Virus record (IMG/VR): IMGVR_UViG_3300049137_000157 | Span: 135,469-199,468 of that record | Length of the DNA: 64,000 bases | Source: a virus | Strand: one strand, 5' to 3' | In this document: piece after piece, positions 18,949 to 28,928 of the stretch | Layout: each line of letters begins with the position of its first letter | How positions within the stretch are numbered: the stretch's first letter is position 1 | Program-made: the position numbers and the translations under genes | Notes under the pieces: generated by a model | Told to the model about the DNA's origin: nothing | Databases searched by the model: none | Seen by the model: the letters and a program-made list of their open reading frames with translations, nothing else

Positions 18949-18986
18949 AAGCCCCGCCGCTAGGATCTCCCCCAGCGGCGGGGCTT
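18949..18986. terminator. terminator hairpin
   Basis: aagccccgccgc...gcggcggggctt. Confidence 0.6.
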
Positions 18987-19024
18987 TGTCAGGCAACGGG
19001 GCCCGATGCGTTGATCGCGCGAAG

Positions 19025-19312
19025 TTACCGTACCCCAAGCTCCCAGCGGACCTGGGCCCAGTCCACCTGGTCGAATGCCTCAGGTGTGAACCTCTGCTGC
19101 AAGTCGTAGAGGCTCGGGATCGCCGACCCCGGGACGTCGTTGGACGAGTGGGCCAGTCCGCACTGGTTGAGACGACAGCGCATCCACTCGGCCAACGTGA
19201 CCTGCGACTCCTCCTCCCGCTGCACAACACAGCGAGCGACAGCAGCCACCTCCACGTCGTGCAGGAGCCAGGCGATCACTTGTGCGGTCGGTTCGTTCTG
19301 CATTTCAGGCAT
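19025..19312 (-). CDS. hypothetical protein
   Basis: G-rich RBS; ends QVDWAQVRWELGVR. Confidence 0.55.
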   Translation of the reverse strand: MPEMQNEPTAQVIAWLLHDVEVAAVARCVVQREEESQVTLAEWMRCRLNQCGLAHSSNDVPGSAIPSLYDLQQRFTPEAFDQVDWAQVRWELGVR

Positions 19313-19340
19313 CTCGTTTCCCCCCCCCCTTCCGACGTGT

Positions 19341-19601
19341 CTACTCGGGCTGCGACAGGACCCGGAAGGAGCGACGACGCACACCCGTCACCCATCCGGA
19401 GCTGTTGAACTTCACAGGCTCGTTCGATCGGTGCACGGTGTACGCGACCCCGTCCGGGTAGTTCTCCTCCGGATCTGGCGTGCCGGGGCGCGGCTCCCCG
19501 TGCTGCATCACCTTGTACTCCGCGTCCCGGTAACGAACGATCGCGCCCACGGGCACAGGGGTGTCGCCTGGCGTGTAGTCGGTCTGATCCTCGTTGCTCA
19601 T
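19341..19601 (-). CDS. hypothetical protein
   Basis: Start at ATG 19601. Confidence 0.55.
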   Translation of the reverse strand: MSNEDQTDYTPGDTPVPVGAIVRYRDAEYKVMQHGEPRPGTPDPEENYPDGVAYTVHRSNEPVKFNSSGWVTGVRRRSFRVLSQPE

Positions 19602-19611
19602 CTTGATCCCC

Positions 19612-20289
19612 CTACAGGACTTCGGTCTCGACGAGATGCGGCTCGTGCGGAAGGGCAACCACGATCCAGTCACCTTCGAGGTTGACGTTCTGGAAGTAGG
19701 ACTGCTGCCCATCCCGAATGCCTCGGGCAACGAGCTTGCGCTGGATCTCCTCGAAGGAGCCGCCCGTCGTCCCGCGTCGGGTCTTCTTACCAGGCACCCA
19801 GCCGCGCTGGACGTGGTAGATGTCCCAACGCAGATCTCGGGTGGGGGCGGACTTCATGTTCCAGACCTCGACGACTCCCGGCCCGAACTCCGCCACCAGA
19901 GCCCTCTTCAGGCGCTCCTCGGCATCCTTCGGGTCGAGCCCGGGGAAGAATAGCGAGCTGGAGACCCGAGATCCGGCGACCGGCATCAGGAACCTCTCCT
20001 CACCGAGCGGGTCTTCCTCGAAGACCTTGTCGGCGTTCACCAGGTATGAGGCTCCGAAGTCGGAGAGGATGCGAACCTGCGGGTCGTTCTCCCGGGTGAG
20101 GTACGTGCCGCTCTTCCCGATCCGGGCGGGGACGAGGAACTCCGGGTCGAGCACCCGGTGGTCCGGAACGAGGACGCGATCCCCCTCGGAAAGAGACCGG
20201 ACCTGCTCCAAGGTCAGCGGGGTGACGCGCACCTTCTCGGCCTGGACCGGCATCGACTCGGCCGTGCGGGCGTTGTCACTGTCAGCCAT
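19612..20289 (-). CDS. hypothetical protein
   Basis: GGAGG RBS, codon bias. Confidence 0.7.
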   Translation of the reverse strand: MADSDNARTAESMPVQAEKVRVTPLTLEQVRSLSEGDRVLVPDHRVLDPEFLVPARIGKSGTYLTRENDPQVRILSDFGASYLVNADKVFEEDPLGEERFLMPVAGSRVSSSLFFPGLDPKDAEERLKRALVAEFGPGVVEVWNMKSAPTRDLRWDIYHVQRGWVPGKKTRRGTTGGSFEEIQRKLVARGIRDGQQSYFQNVNLEGDWIVVALPHEPHLVETEVL

Positions 20290-20428
20290 TTTTCCTCCTG
20301 TGTGGAACTGGGGGCTTCCCGGTTCCCTCGCGGATGGTGCGGCCGGGGGTTTCCCGGACGCTATGGATGAGCCCGGAAGCCGACCCTGTCAGGTGGGACA
20401 ACTTCCGGGCTCGAAACCAACATAGCAT

Positions 20429-20438
20429 GGCCTAGGCC
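20429..20438. promoter_or_regulatory. GGCCTAGGCC operator candidate
   Basis: Intergenic, TAGCAT immediately 5'. Confidence 0.5.
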
Positions 20439-20457
20439 GTGCCGGGAATTCCGGATC

Positions 20458-22275
20458 TCAGTTGGTCTGGTAGTTCGGCAGGTGCGGTCCGATGTGTCCG
20501 ATGTAGATCAGGCCGGTCTCGCCGCTGGTGTCGTCGTGGAAGTGCATCCGAGGGGCCGGAGGCTTACCGGACCCGATCCGGATGTGTGCCTCCATGAGCA
20601 CAGTGCCCGACGGGTCCACCTCCAGTGGAACGGGAAAGACGCGGGCGGTGCGGAACTTGGTGTTCATCATGACGCCCTTCGACTCCACCGCCGAGTACCG
20701 CATCCGAGGGATCACGTGCTCGGCTTCAGGGTCCTGAAGGTAGGCCGCGAAGTGGGGAACCTCGCCCGCGCCCCGCTTGTCCTTCATTCCGGCGTACTCG
20801 TCCAGAGCAAGCAGCGACTCCCAGGTGCGCCGGACCCAGGTCCTCTCCTGGTCCTGGCCGCGCAGCTTGCCGATCCCGTCCTCGACGCGGCCGAGCCGAA
20901 TACTCTTCAGTCTGTCCGCAGCGGACAGGAGTTCGTCCCAGGTGTCGGGCGTGAACTCCTCGGTCTTCGTCTCCATGAGGACGCTGCTGCCCAGCCGGGC
21001 CAGCTCCCTGCGCAGGGAGAGGTTCTCCCGTCGCGCTGCGAGCAGCTCACGATGCTGCTCGTCGAGCAGATCCTCCGCCAGCTCCGCGCCCTCCTGTGCC
21101 TCCTGGAGAGCCTCGGACAGCCGTTGTGCCTCCCGAGCCGCACGATCACCATCCAGGCGCTCCTGAAGCTGCTGAACGTCCTTCAGGAGCTTGGTGTGAT
21201 GCTCCTTGGCCTCGCGCTCCCTGTCCAGAGCCTCGTCAAGAAGCCCTCGCATGGTGTCCCGCTCCTGCTCGAACAAGGTGACCGAGGTCTTCAGGTCGTT
21301 GACCTGAGTCTTGAGGTCTTCCACCTCGGCCCGGGAGGCCCGGAGGTCTTCGGCGTTCTTCTTCGCACGCTCTTCCTCGGTGAGAAGCGTCCAGTGCTGG
21401 TTTATATCCCGCACGTCCGAGGGGTCGATCGCCATCACCTGCTCGTTGAACATGTCCGTGAGTACGGACGCGAGTTCCCGGACATCTCCGCCCTTGCTGA
21501 AGGGCATGTCCCGGGAAAAAGACAGATGGCTTTTCTCGATCCCTCTCCTGCGCCAGCTTGCAAGAAGAACCGCAGTGCCACATTCCGGGAGATGCGTACC
21601 GAACCGGGGGAGGATTTTCTTGTTGAGGATGTCCCGAGCCCCGTCGTCGACGGCCCGGATATCAAAGACCCGGCCGTACATGCTGTTCGGCAGACGCGGA
21701 ATGAGGGGGTGAAGCTGAGGCCCTCTCCTCATGGCAGCGTGCAGATCATCCAGATCCATGGGGTCATGAGTGATCACAGCGACGCCCCACTGCATCTCCG
21801 ACAGTGCCTGGACGACGCTATGGAAAGGGGAGATCGTCAGGCTGTGAATCAGGTTCGGGGTCATGTAGTTGAGCTTCAGGTACCCGGGCTTGTGCTTACC
21901 CCCCAGGAAGAAGCTCAGCGGAGATGGCCAGTGCGGGTTCCAGGGCCGATCCGCCTTCGCGTAGACCTGGAAGATCCCCTTCAAGGGGTTCGCCGTCGCG
22001 TCGTACTCCTCGGGCTCGATGTCCGGCCTCGGCTCTGCGAGCTGGTGGAGCGCCCCGAAGCGTCCACGGATGGTGGCCCCATCCTCGGTCGTCCAGAGGG
22101 CGTCGTAGTTCCACCACTGACCCTCGCGGGCCTCGGACCGGGGGCCGTGCTGGAGAACTCGGACGTCACGTTCCAGACGTTCAGCCATCCAGGAGATCTC
22201 CGGCATGACGTCCAACGTGCCGATCGTGCCCCAATGGTTGGGCTGTACCTCGACCTTGCTCTTCAACTTCCTCAA
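20458..22275 (-). CDS. 605-aa protein: N-terminal domain, long coiled coil, C-terminal RelE-like (putative) domain
   Basis: Heptad-rich middle; C-terminus PRMHFHDDTSGETGLIYIGHIGPHL. Confidence 0.75.
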   Translation of the reverse strand: MRKLKSKVEVQPNHWGTIGTLDVMPEISWMAERLERDVRVLQHGPRSEAREGQWWNYDALWTTEDGATIRGRFGALHQLAEPRPDIEPEEYDATANPLKGIFQVYAKADRPWNPHWPSPLSFFLGGKHKPGYLKLNYMTPNLIHSLTISPFHSVVQALSEMQWGVAVITHDPMDLDDLHAAMRRGPQLHPLIPRLPNSMYGRVFDIRAVDDGARDILNKKILPRFGTHLPECGTAVLLASWRRRGIEKSHLSFSRDMPFSKGGDVRELASVLTDMFNEQVMAIDPSDVRDINQHWTLLTEEERAKKNAEDLRASRAEVEDLKTQVNDLKTSVTLFEQERDTMRGLLDEALDREREAKEHHTKLLKDVQQLQERLDGDRAAREAQRLSEALQEAQEGAELAEDLLDEQHRELLAARRENLSLRRELARLGSSVLMETKTEEFTPDTWDELLSAADRLKSIRLGRVEDGIGKLRGQDQERTWVRRTWESLLALDEYAGMKDKRGAGEVPHFAAYLQDPEAEHVIPRMRYSAVESKGVMMNTKFRTARVFPVPLEVDPSGTVLMEAHIRIGSGKPPAPRMHFHDDTSGETGLIYIGHIGPHLPNYQTN

Positions 22276-23660
22276 CTCCTTTCGGGGACCATCCTCTCAT
22301 CCCCGCCACCCGGACGGGCCAGCACCGGGTAGTGAGCTGTGACCTTCTCTCGAACAAAGGTTCGGCCCACGTGTAGGCTCAGCGCGAGATTTTTTCGCCG
22401 GACGGAGTTCGGGGCTCGACCCTCTCCTGGGGTCTTCTGGAGGAAGTTGCCCACGGAGCCCACGTGTAGACGGACACACGCCTGTAACCAGGACCCAATT
22501 TCTAAACTCTCGCGCAAAACTGGTTTTCTCATACACGCATCCTTTTTCCTTTCCTTCTCGCGCGCCGCTCGCTTTTCTCTCTCGCTCCCTTTCTCGCTCA
22601 CTTTTCTTTCTCTCTCACTCTCACATTGTCTGTGCTTATTCCTTTTCATTCTCTCTCGTGTGCCTGCCTATCTCTCGTGTGCTTATCCCTGTCGAATGCC
22701 TAGGCATATCCCTTTGCCTTCCTGCTGGCACCCTTCCTCTCTTTCTCCCGTGTCCTTTCCTGTCTATTGCTCATCCATTGCTCACCCTTTCTGAGTGGAG
22801 AAAAACACGAGAGAGATACGAATAGGGGCACGCCTATTCGCTTTCGATTGCCGCGCCCCTGCCCGCCCCTTTCCCCTTCCATATTCCTCACGTATTGCTA
22901 GGCATGGTGGAGTGATACGGGTAGGGAAAGAGGCACGAGAAACCGACGTGTACCGATATCCGATAGGGCGCGCCCATTCCTTTCACGTCGTCGCTCCCTT
23001 TCCTCCCCGTTCCTCTCTCTCGTGTCCTTTCCTTTCGTCGTCCCTTCTCCCTCCCTTTGCCGCGTCTCCTTTCCTCTCATGTCCCCTGCCCTTTCCTTTC
23101 GTTCCTCCCTGCCTTTTCTGGGGTGCCGAAATACCGGTGAGAGGAACACGCGTGTTTGCGCTGCATTCCTAACGGGCGTGCTCCGATGTTTCGCCTAAAG
23201 GCATGATCATCCTTGGGCCTAGGGCTTGCTACAGAGAGCAATACAAAGAATCCCTGTACGCCTCCCTGCCCGCTCCACTCCCCGCCTAGGTCGAATGGCG
23301 CGCCCCGTGACCTATCCGTCCGCCCCTGCCCTCCCCCCGGCATTCCTCGCACCTTCCCTGCCTTCCCTCCTCCCTGCCTCTCCGTGCCATTCCCCGGCAT
23401 GTCATGAGGCATGGGACCCGGTCGACCTAGGGCCGGAATGCAGGGACCGGGAGGGGAGGAATACCGGGAGAGAGAAAGAACGGGGGACCTAGTCGCATAG
23501 GAAGGGAGCAGAATTGATACATACGGGAATCAAAAAACTTCCATCCATACCCCAGCTCTCTATCTCTCTTCAATTCCTCTCCCTTTCGGTAGACGTCATC
23601 CCTTTCCCTTTCAAGGGTGATCTTGGGTAAGGGTCCGGGGGTGCCTAGATCATTTGGTAG

Positions 23661-24222
23661 TGATCACGCCCCTGACCTGCACTTTCTTTCTCTCTCGCGT
23701 AATCCCTCCCCATCCTGGGAACCAAGATCACCCGGGTGTCGGAGACCAAGATCATCGAGCCGGTGAGTCTAGTTCGAAGATCATGAATATCCGCAGGTCA
23801 AAGGCGTGATCACGAACTCAGGTCCGTGACTTCGATGAGTGTCTATATCCGCAGGTCAAGCCATGATCACGATTTCATCCGTCCGCCGGATTCTCTGTTT
23901 CGATGAATGTGAATATCCGCAGGTCACAGCCTTGCTCAACATCTCCGCCGACAGGGTGGCTGAGACTTCGGCAGACATCGATATTCGCAGGTCAGAGGCA
24001 TGATCACGATCCTCAAGTCCCCTGCATCGATATACGTCTATAACCGCAGATCAGAGCCTTGATCGTGAAATCAGAGTGTTTCAAGATCCTGATTCGCATG
24101 GGCAAAAAACCCGTTCGCATGTCCCGCATTGTCCGATTCGCATGGGTTCGATGTCATAGGTCGTTCACCCTATCTGACCTGGGAAAACAGGAAGTTGGAA
24201 AAAATCTCAACGCTCTGACCTG
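23661..24222. repeat. iteron-like array: five direct ATATCCGCAGGTCA-(N5-6)-TGATCACGA-type units plus inverted copies
   Basis: Units at 23787, 23845, 23913, 23981, 24040; inverted TGACCTG at about 23673, 24175, 24216. Confidence 0.8.
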
Positions 24223-25018
24223 GGCTTTCCCGTTGTCAAGACTCATTTTACCAATCCTTTGCCTTTTTTCTTTTTCCGCTGGTCACAGCGTTGATCGTTC
24301 GCGAGAGGCCAGAGATCAACAGTCTCGGATGTCCGGTTCTGACACGTTCTGCACACCCGAATTAGCATGTCCGCAAAGGTGACGATCTTGTTTGCTGCGC
24401 TATGGTCCTGGCGTTCCACTTCGCAAGCACGACACGGAGTGGAGCGACAGACCCAGACCTAGCGTCGCCGGATACGCCCCCGTGTGAGTGGCGGAACCGA
24501 TGAGCGCACGAGACGGAAGCGGGTCGACGGAAGCGCCGGGCGGGATAGACGCTCGGAAATTCCGGGGCAGGGAAAAAATCGCACACTCGCTTTGTGAGCG
24601 AGGAGGGGCAAGGCACCGGCCAGAACGGGTGTCACTCAGAAAGGCGAGCGATAACCACGTCTTTGTGGTCTGAGTCTTCAGTGAGTACCGGTCACTAGTC
24701 GCGAGAAATGCGGTGCCAGCAACAACGGCACACGGAGGGTTTCCCCCCGCATCATGAACGCGAGGAATACCCGGCGGAAAGCTGAGAGATACCAGCACAA
24801 GACGCGCATTGCGAGGACGCGAATAGCGTGAAGGGAAAAGCCCCGGTGAACACACCCGGGGCAGTCTCCGGAACTCCACCGGCACCCCCTCCGACCCAAT
24901 CTGAGACGTGAACCCATGCGGATACGGCATGGTTACGCGGACTCTCCGGCGTGGTGCCGGGGTGACGTCCGCACGGTTCGGATACGCACATGACCGGGTG
25001 GCACCGGTCGCGTATCGG

Positions 25019-25046
25019 CGCTCCCCCCGCGTGGCGGGGGGAGACT
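25019..25046. other. strong GC hairpin
   Basis: ctccccccgc-gtg-gcggggggag. Confidence 0.5.
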
Positions 25047-25115
25047 CGTTCTAGGTAAGTCCCCAGTTTTATGGGTGCCTTCCTTTGGGCGAATGTGGGG
25101 ACCGGGCATATCCGG

Positions 25116-25246
25116 CCGTCGACGCGTTTACGTCGTCGACGCCGATTGCTGATGTCGACGCTTTACGTCGTCGACACGCGTTATGTCGTTGACGCCGAAT
25201 GCTGCTGGCACGCTTTGCGTTGCTGGCACGAAAGGACGTCGACGCT
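25116..25246. repeat. cluster of GTCGAC/GTTGAC-based repeats
   Basis: gtcgacgc(g)tttacgtcgtcgac twice plus further copies. Confidence 0.65.
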
Positions 25247-25288
25247 TTGCCCGGTCGCTGCATTGACCTAACGGAAAGGAAAAGTGCC

Positions 25289-25459
25289 ATGACCGTTCGT
25301 CTCGCTTCCGGAGAAACCATCACGGTCCGTCCGGATGGTTTGGTCATTTGGCGGCGTAAGCGTTCGGAAGCGCGTAAGAAATTCGCCAATTACGACGCGG
25401 CGTGCGCCGCTATTCAGGGTGCGGCATTCGGCCCGGACGTTCGTTTCGTCTCGCAGTAA
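25289..25459 (+). CDS. hypothetical protein, first gene of the plus-strand array
   Basis: acggaaaggaaaa RBS. Confidence 0.6.
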   Translation: MTVRLASGETITVRPDGLVIWRRKRSEARKKFANYDAACAAIQGAAFGPDVRFVSQ

Positions 25460-25508
25460 TGCAATCGTCGTCGACGCGTACCGACGTTGACGCGGAAAGG
25501 AAAAGATC

Positions 25509-27929
25509 ATGGGTGACATTCTCGCAAGGGCAAGCAAGGGTGCGGGTAAGGGTGCGGAATTTCGTCTCTCCGGCGGACAGGGCACATGGCGCGCCGTTCT
25601 GTCTTTCGACATGAACGGAATCGGTTCCGCTTTGGTGGAAGCGATTACGGCCGAACTTGCCCGGCAGGGTTACGCGGATTTTCGCGTTATCCGGTTCGAC
25701 ATGGAAATTTCGCATCCGTCGTCGGACCCTAAGGCGTGGGCCGTTTCCTTCCGGTTCGCCATTGCGGACACGGAGGGGACCGAATGGGGTCCGTGGCTTC
25801 CGTACACGGTGCACACGGGATCCCGTGGCGACGCTTTGGCGGACGCAATCATCACGTGGACTACGCGAGAAATGAACGGGATCCTTTCTCGCTTTTCCCT
25901 GCCTAAGCCTGGTCGGTGGCTTGACGCGGACGGAAACATGACGGACGTCGACCCTGCGGGAATTCTCGCCCCGGTCGTCGACGCTCCCCCGGCGGACATT
26001 CCGGCGGACCCCGCTCCGGTCGTCCCGGTCAACGCTCCGGCCCCGGTCGTCGACGTTCCGGTGGGATCCCTTTCGGGTGACACGTGGGACGCGCCCGGGA
26101 GTGACGCGGTCCGGATTCTCTCGGTGCTTGCCCCGTCCGGCGAAATGGTTGCGCAGTACGGAAAGGTAGGCGCACGCATTCGGCAGATTGCCAGCAACGA
26201 AAGCGACGCGCCCGGTTGCCGCGCGGCAATCATGCTCGCTTTCGGCATAGAGGAAATGCCGGACGTTTACGTTTCCCTGGGAAGGGTCCGGAAGTCTAAG
26301 GCACGCCCGGTTACGTTGACCGTGGACTACGCCCGGAATTCCCGCGACATGCACACGGTCCGCGTGGACATGGGGGAAGACACGGGAGATGCGGCACTGA
26401 TCGCTCACCGTGCCTTCCGGGCATTCGCCGTGATGTGCGCCAACGGGACCATTGCCAAGATGCTGCGCACGGACGGACCGGGGGAAAAGCTGACTTCCCC
26501 CACGCTCCGGAAGCGTCATCAGGAACAGGCACGGGAAGTCATGGCGGACACGCTTGCCGCATGGGGTGAGTCCCCCGTGGCGCGTCGGGTGATGGACGCC
26601 ACGGAAGCGGCCCGGAAGGCTCTTGTGTCCACGGAGCGCAAGCGCCGGACCGCCCGGAAGGCTGCTACTCCCGAGACTCCCCCGGCGGACGCTCCGGCCG
26701 CACCTAAGGCAACCTCCCCCCGGAAGACTCCGGCCGCTAAGTCGACTCCCCGGAAGTCGACCGCCCGGAAGGGTGCCGTTAAGTCGACCGTACCCACGAG
26801 TGAGGTTTGCGCGTCGACTGGCCTCACGTTCGCCGAAATGCGGGAAGCCACGGGGCGGCATTACGCGAATGGTCAGCCGCTGGCAAAGGAAATGCAGGAA
26901 CTTGCCGCACATGAGGCGGCACGGGAATCCGCTCCGACCCGTAAGCGGACGCGTAAGAATGCGGCCCCGGTCAGCAAGGGCGACGCGGACGCGGTCGTTT
27001 ATGTCAAGTGTGAGGTTAAGCGTGCACACCGGGTCCCCCCGGTGCCGGGGTCGGACGTGCAGGAGAAAAGCAAGTCCCCTAAGTCTCTCTCCCTCTCCGG
27101 TGTGAAGGGGCAGTGTCCGGAATGCCGGGGCATAGTTGACCTTGTGGGCACGTCCGCCGGTAACGCATATCTCGACTCGCATTACGTGGGGGGCGTGAAT
27201 CCTCCGGCCGGTAAGGGACTCAAGTCCCGGACCATTCCGGCGACGGATCACGGTTCGGTCCCTGGGTCCCCCGCAAAGGCTGACAAGCGGCGCGCAAAGG
27301 AAGTCGACGATTTGCGCGCCGTTGAGAACGTCAAGGAACGTGCTCGGATCCAGAAAAAGACTCCGAGCAAGCGCGCGCTTGCCAGTGCGGCGGCGCGGGA
27401 AGTGCAGTCGCGGGAAAAGCTGCTCTCTCCGGACGCGTCGGCAAAGGGTGAAGGTTTGGGGCAGCGTGGTCACGGGTCCGTGGACGGGTCCGCCATGGTG
27501 ACCAGTCACACACTCCCCCCGGTTCAGGTGAAGAACGGGAACGGCACGTGGGCACTTCCGGCGACGCTTTCCCCCGGCATGGACCCTGCCGTTCGTGGCG
27601 AATGGTGCCCCGTGTGCAATGCCGCCAAGCGGGACGCGCACCGGGGCAAGTCTCCGGCGTGGCGTCGACGTCACTCTAAGGAAGTCGCTAAGTGGCACGC
27701 GGTCGAAAACGCGCGTAAGGAAAATGCGCGGAACACGGATGCGGCGCGCGCGGAGCGTATGAACCGGATCGCTGGAAAGTCGGAGCGTAAGCGCGTGTCC
27801 ACGGGTCGCATTCGTGAGGGAGTCATTCCCAAGAGTGAGGCGCGTTCGGAGGAATTCGCCACGCTGGATGACGCTTTGGCGGGAACGGATTGCATCCGTC
27901 GGACGTCTGGCGACGGCCGGAAGGTATGA
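25509..27929 (+). CDS. 806-aa basic protein with Lys/Ala/Pro S/TPRK repeats and Cys/His clusters
   Basis: cggaaaggaaaa RBS; KATSPRKTPAAKSTPRKSTARK; CPEC..H, WCPVC. Confidence 0.8.
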   Translation: MGDILARASKGAGKGAEFRLSGGQGTWRAVLSFDMNGIGSALVEAITAELARQGYADFRVIRFDMEISHPSSDPKAWAVSFRFAIADTEGTEWGPWLPYTVHTGSRGDALADAIITWTTREMNGILSRFSLPKPGRWLDADGNMTDVDPAGILAPVVDAPPADIPADPAPVVPVNAPAPVVDVPVGSLSGDTWDAPGSDAVRILSVLAPSGEMVAQYGKVGARIRQIASNESDAPGCRAAIMLAFGIEEMPDVYVSLGRVRKSKARPVTLTVDYARNSRDMHTVRVDMGEDTGDAALIAHRAFRAFAVMCANGTIAKMLRTDGPGEKLTSPTLRKRHQEQAREVMADTLAAWGESPVARRVMDATEAARKALVSTERKRRTARKAATPETPPADAPAAPKATSPRKTPAAKSTPRKSTARKGAVKSTVPTSEVCASTGLTFAEMREATGRHYANGQPLAKEMQELAAHEAARESAPTRKRTRKNAAPVSKGDADAVVYVKCEVKRAHRVPPVPGSDVQEKSKSPKSLSLSGVKGQCPECRGIVDLVGTSAGNAYLDSHYVGGVNPPAGKGLKSRTIPATDHGSVPGSPAKADKRRAKEVDDLRAVENVKERARIQKKTPSKRALASAAAREVQSREKLLSPDASAKGEGLGQRGHGSVDGSAMVTSHTLPPVQVKNGNGTWALPATLSPGMDPAVRGEWCPVCNAAKRDAHRGKSPAWRRRHSKEVAKWHAVENARKENARNTDAARAERMNRIAGKSERKRVSTGRIREGVIPKSEARSEEFATLDDALAGTDCIRRTSGDGRKV

Positions 27930-27947
27930 CGTCGACCTAGGTCGACG
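27930..27947. promoter_or_regulatory. 18-bp perfect palindrome CGTCGACCTAGGTCGACG (operator variant)
   Basis: Directly after stop of the 806-aa gene. Confidence 0.55.
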
Positions 27948-28020
27948 CGGCACAGAAATGCTTTACCGGGTCCCGTTCATTCCGGCGGGACCCGGTCCGG
28001 AAAGGTGAGAGGAAAAGATC

Positions 28021-28356
28021 ATGACCACTTTCAGTGACCGTGTGCGGGAAGTCGTCCGGGACACGGCCGGAGCGATCGGCGCGGTACTGGACGTCACGCC
28101 TGGCCCGGTCGTCGACATGCCGCGCGGTCCGCGCGTCACGCTCCGACTGCCGGACGGGGGACGCGTGAACGTGTGCGGCGTGGTCGACCGCCACGGGGAC
28201 CCGGTCGACGTCGTCCGCGCGTACGTGTTCGGCCCGCCTCGCGTCGACGACAACGGGCGTAAGTGGGAGCGGCTGGTGCCGGATTACCGGTGCGACGCGG
28301 TGGGACCGGACGCTATCGCGGACGCGTTCCGCTCCGTGCTGGTGCGGAACGTCTGA
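28021..28356 (+). CDS. hypothetical protein
   Basis: Purine-rich RBS, high GC3. Confidence 0.7.
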   Translation: MTTFSDRVREVVRDTAGAIGAVLDVTPGPVVDMPRGPRVTLRLPDGGRVNVCGVVDRHGDPVDVVRAYVFGPPRVDDNGRKWERLVPDYRCDAVGPDAIADAFRSVLVRNV

Positions 28357-28453
28357 CACGCCCCGCGTGATCGTGATCGGTCCCCCGCCGGGGGAGGGTT
28401 CCCGCCCGGGGGACCGGTCACGGCTGCACGGTGCAGTCACGGAAAGAGGAACC

Positions 28454-28840
28454 ATGATCATCAACAAGTCTCACGAGGATGCCGGTTACGGAGCGGCCGT
28501 GATGGCGGCTGCCGCCACGGTCGCCGGGATCATCGCCGCCACGTTCGACGGATGTCCGGCGGGGGTGCGGGCGGCCCTGCCGGACCGGGACGCGGAGTGG
28601 CACGCAGACGTCTACGTCGGCCCGTACACGGTCCGGGTGATCGGCGCGCCGGACACGTCGACGACCGTGGCGGAGTCGGTGGAGATTCACGTTCTGTGGT
28701 CGGACACCGGCCGTCCCGCCACGTGCGGCCCTACGGGGACGGACGCAAACACGGACGCGGGGGAGTTCTGCACGTGGCTCGCCTACACGGACGGAATGGA
28801 CATTGTCGTCCCTCCCCCGGCGGGTCGCCTGTTCGTCTGA
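28454..28840 (+). CDS. hypothetical protein
   Basis: acggaaagagg RBS. Confidence 0.65.
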   Translation: MIINKSHEDAGYGAAVMAAAATVAGIIAATFDGCPAGVRAALPDRDAEWHADVYVGPYTVRVIGAPDTSTTVAESVEIHVLWSDTGRPATCGPTGTDANTDAGEFCTWLAYTDGMDIVVPPPAGRLFV

Positions 28841-28928
28841 CGCTTTCGTGCGGGCGGGGCGGTGTTTCCGTCGACGCGGGAATGCCGCCCGGTCCGCATG
28901 GTGCGGGCCGACGGAAAGGAGCAAGGAA

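Larger units (their letters stand above)
22276..25288. other. about 3 kb non-coding control/divergence region (possible origin or genome-end region)
   Basis: Visibly lower GC, CT-rich tracts, only low-complexity ORFs, genes diverge on both sides. Confidence 0.7.

Noticed and set aside
20482-22332. 616-aa plus-strand ORF
   Set aside because: Antisense to the 605-aa gene, which has the coherent domain structure
22272-23492. ORFs in the CT-rich region
   Set aside because: Low-complexity translations of polypyrimidine or polypurine DNA with no codon bias
23787-24070. Repeat array as CRISPR
   Set aside because: Units are short, degenerate and bipartite, inverted copies exist, and no cas genes are present
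25410-27953. 847-aa minus-strand ORF
   Set aside because: Antisense shadow of the 806-aa gene; Arg/Gly/Pro-rich, no RBS or motifs
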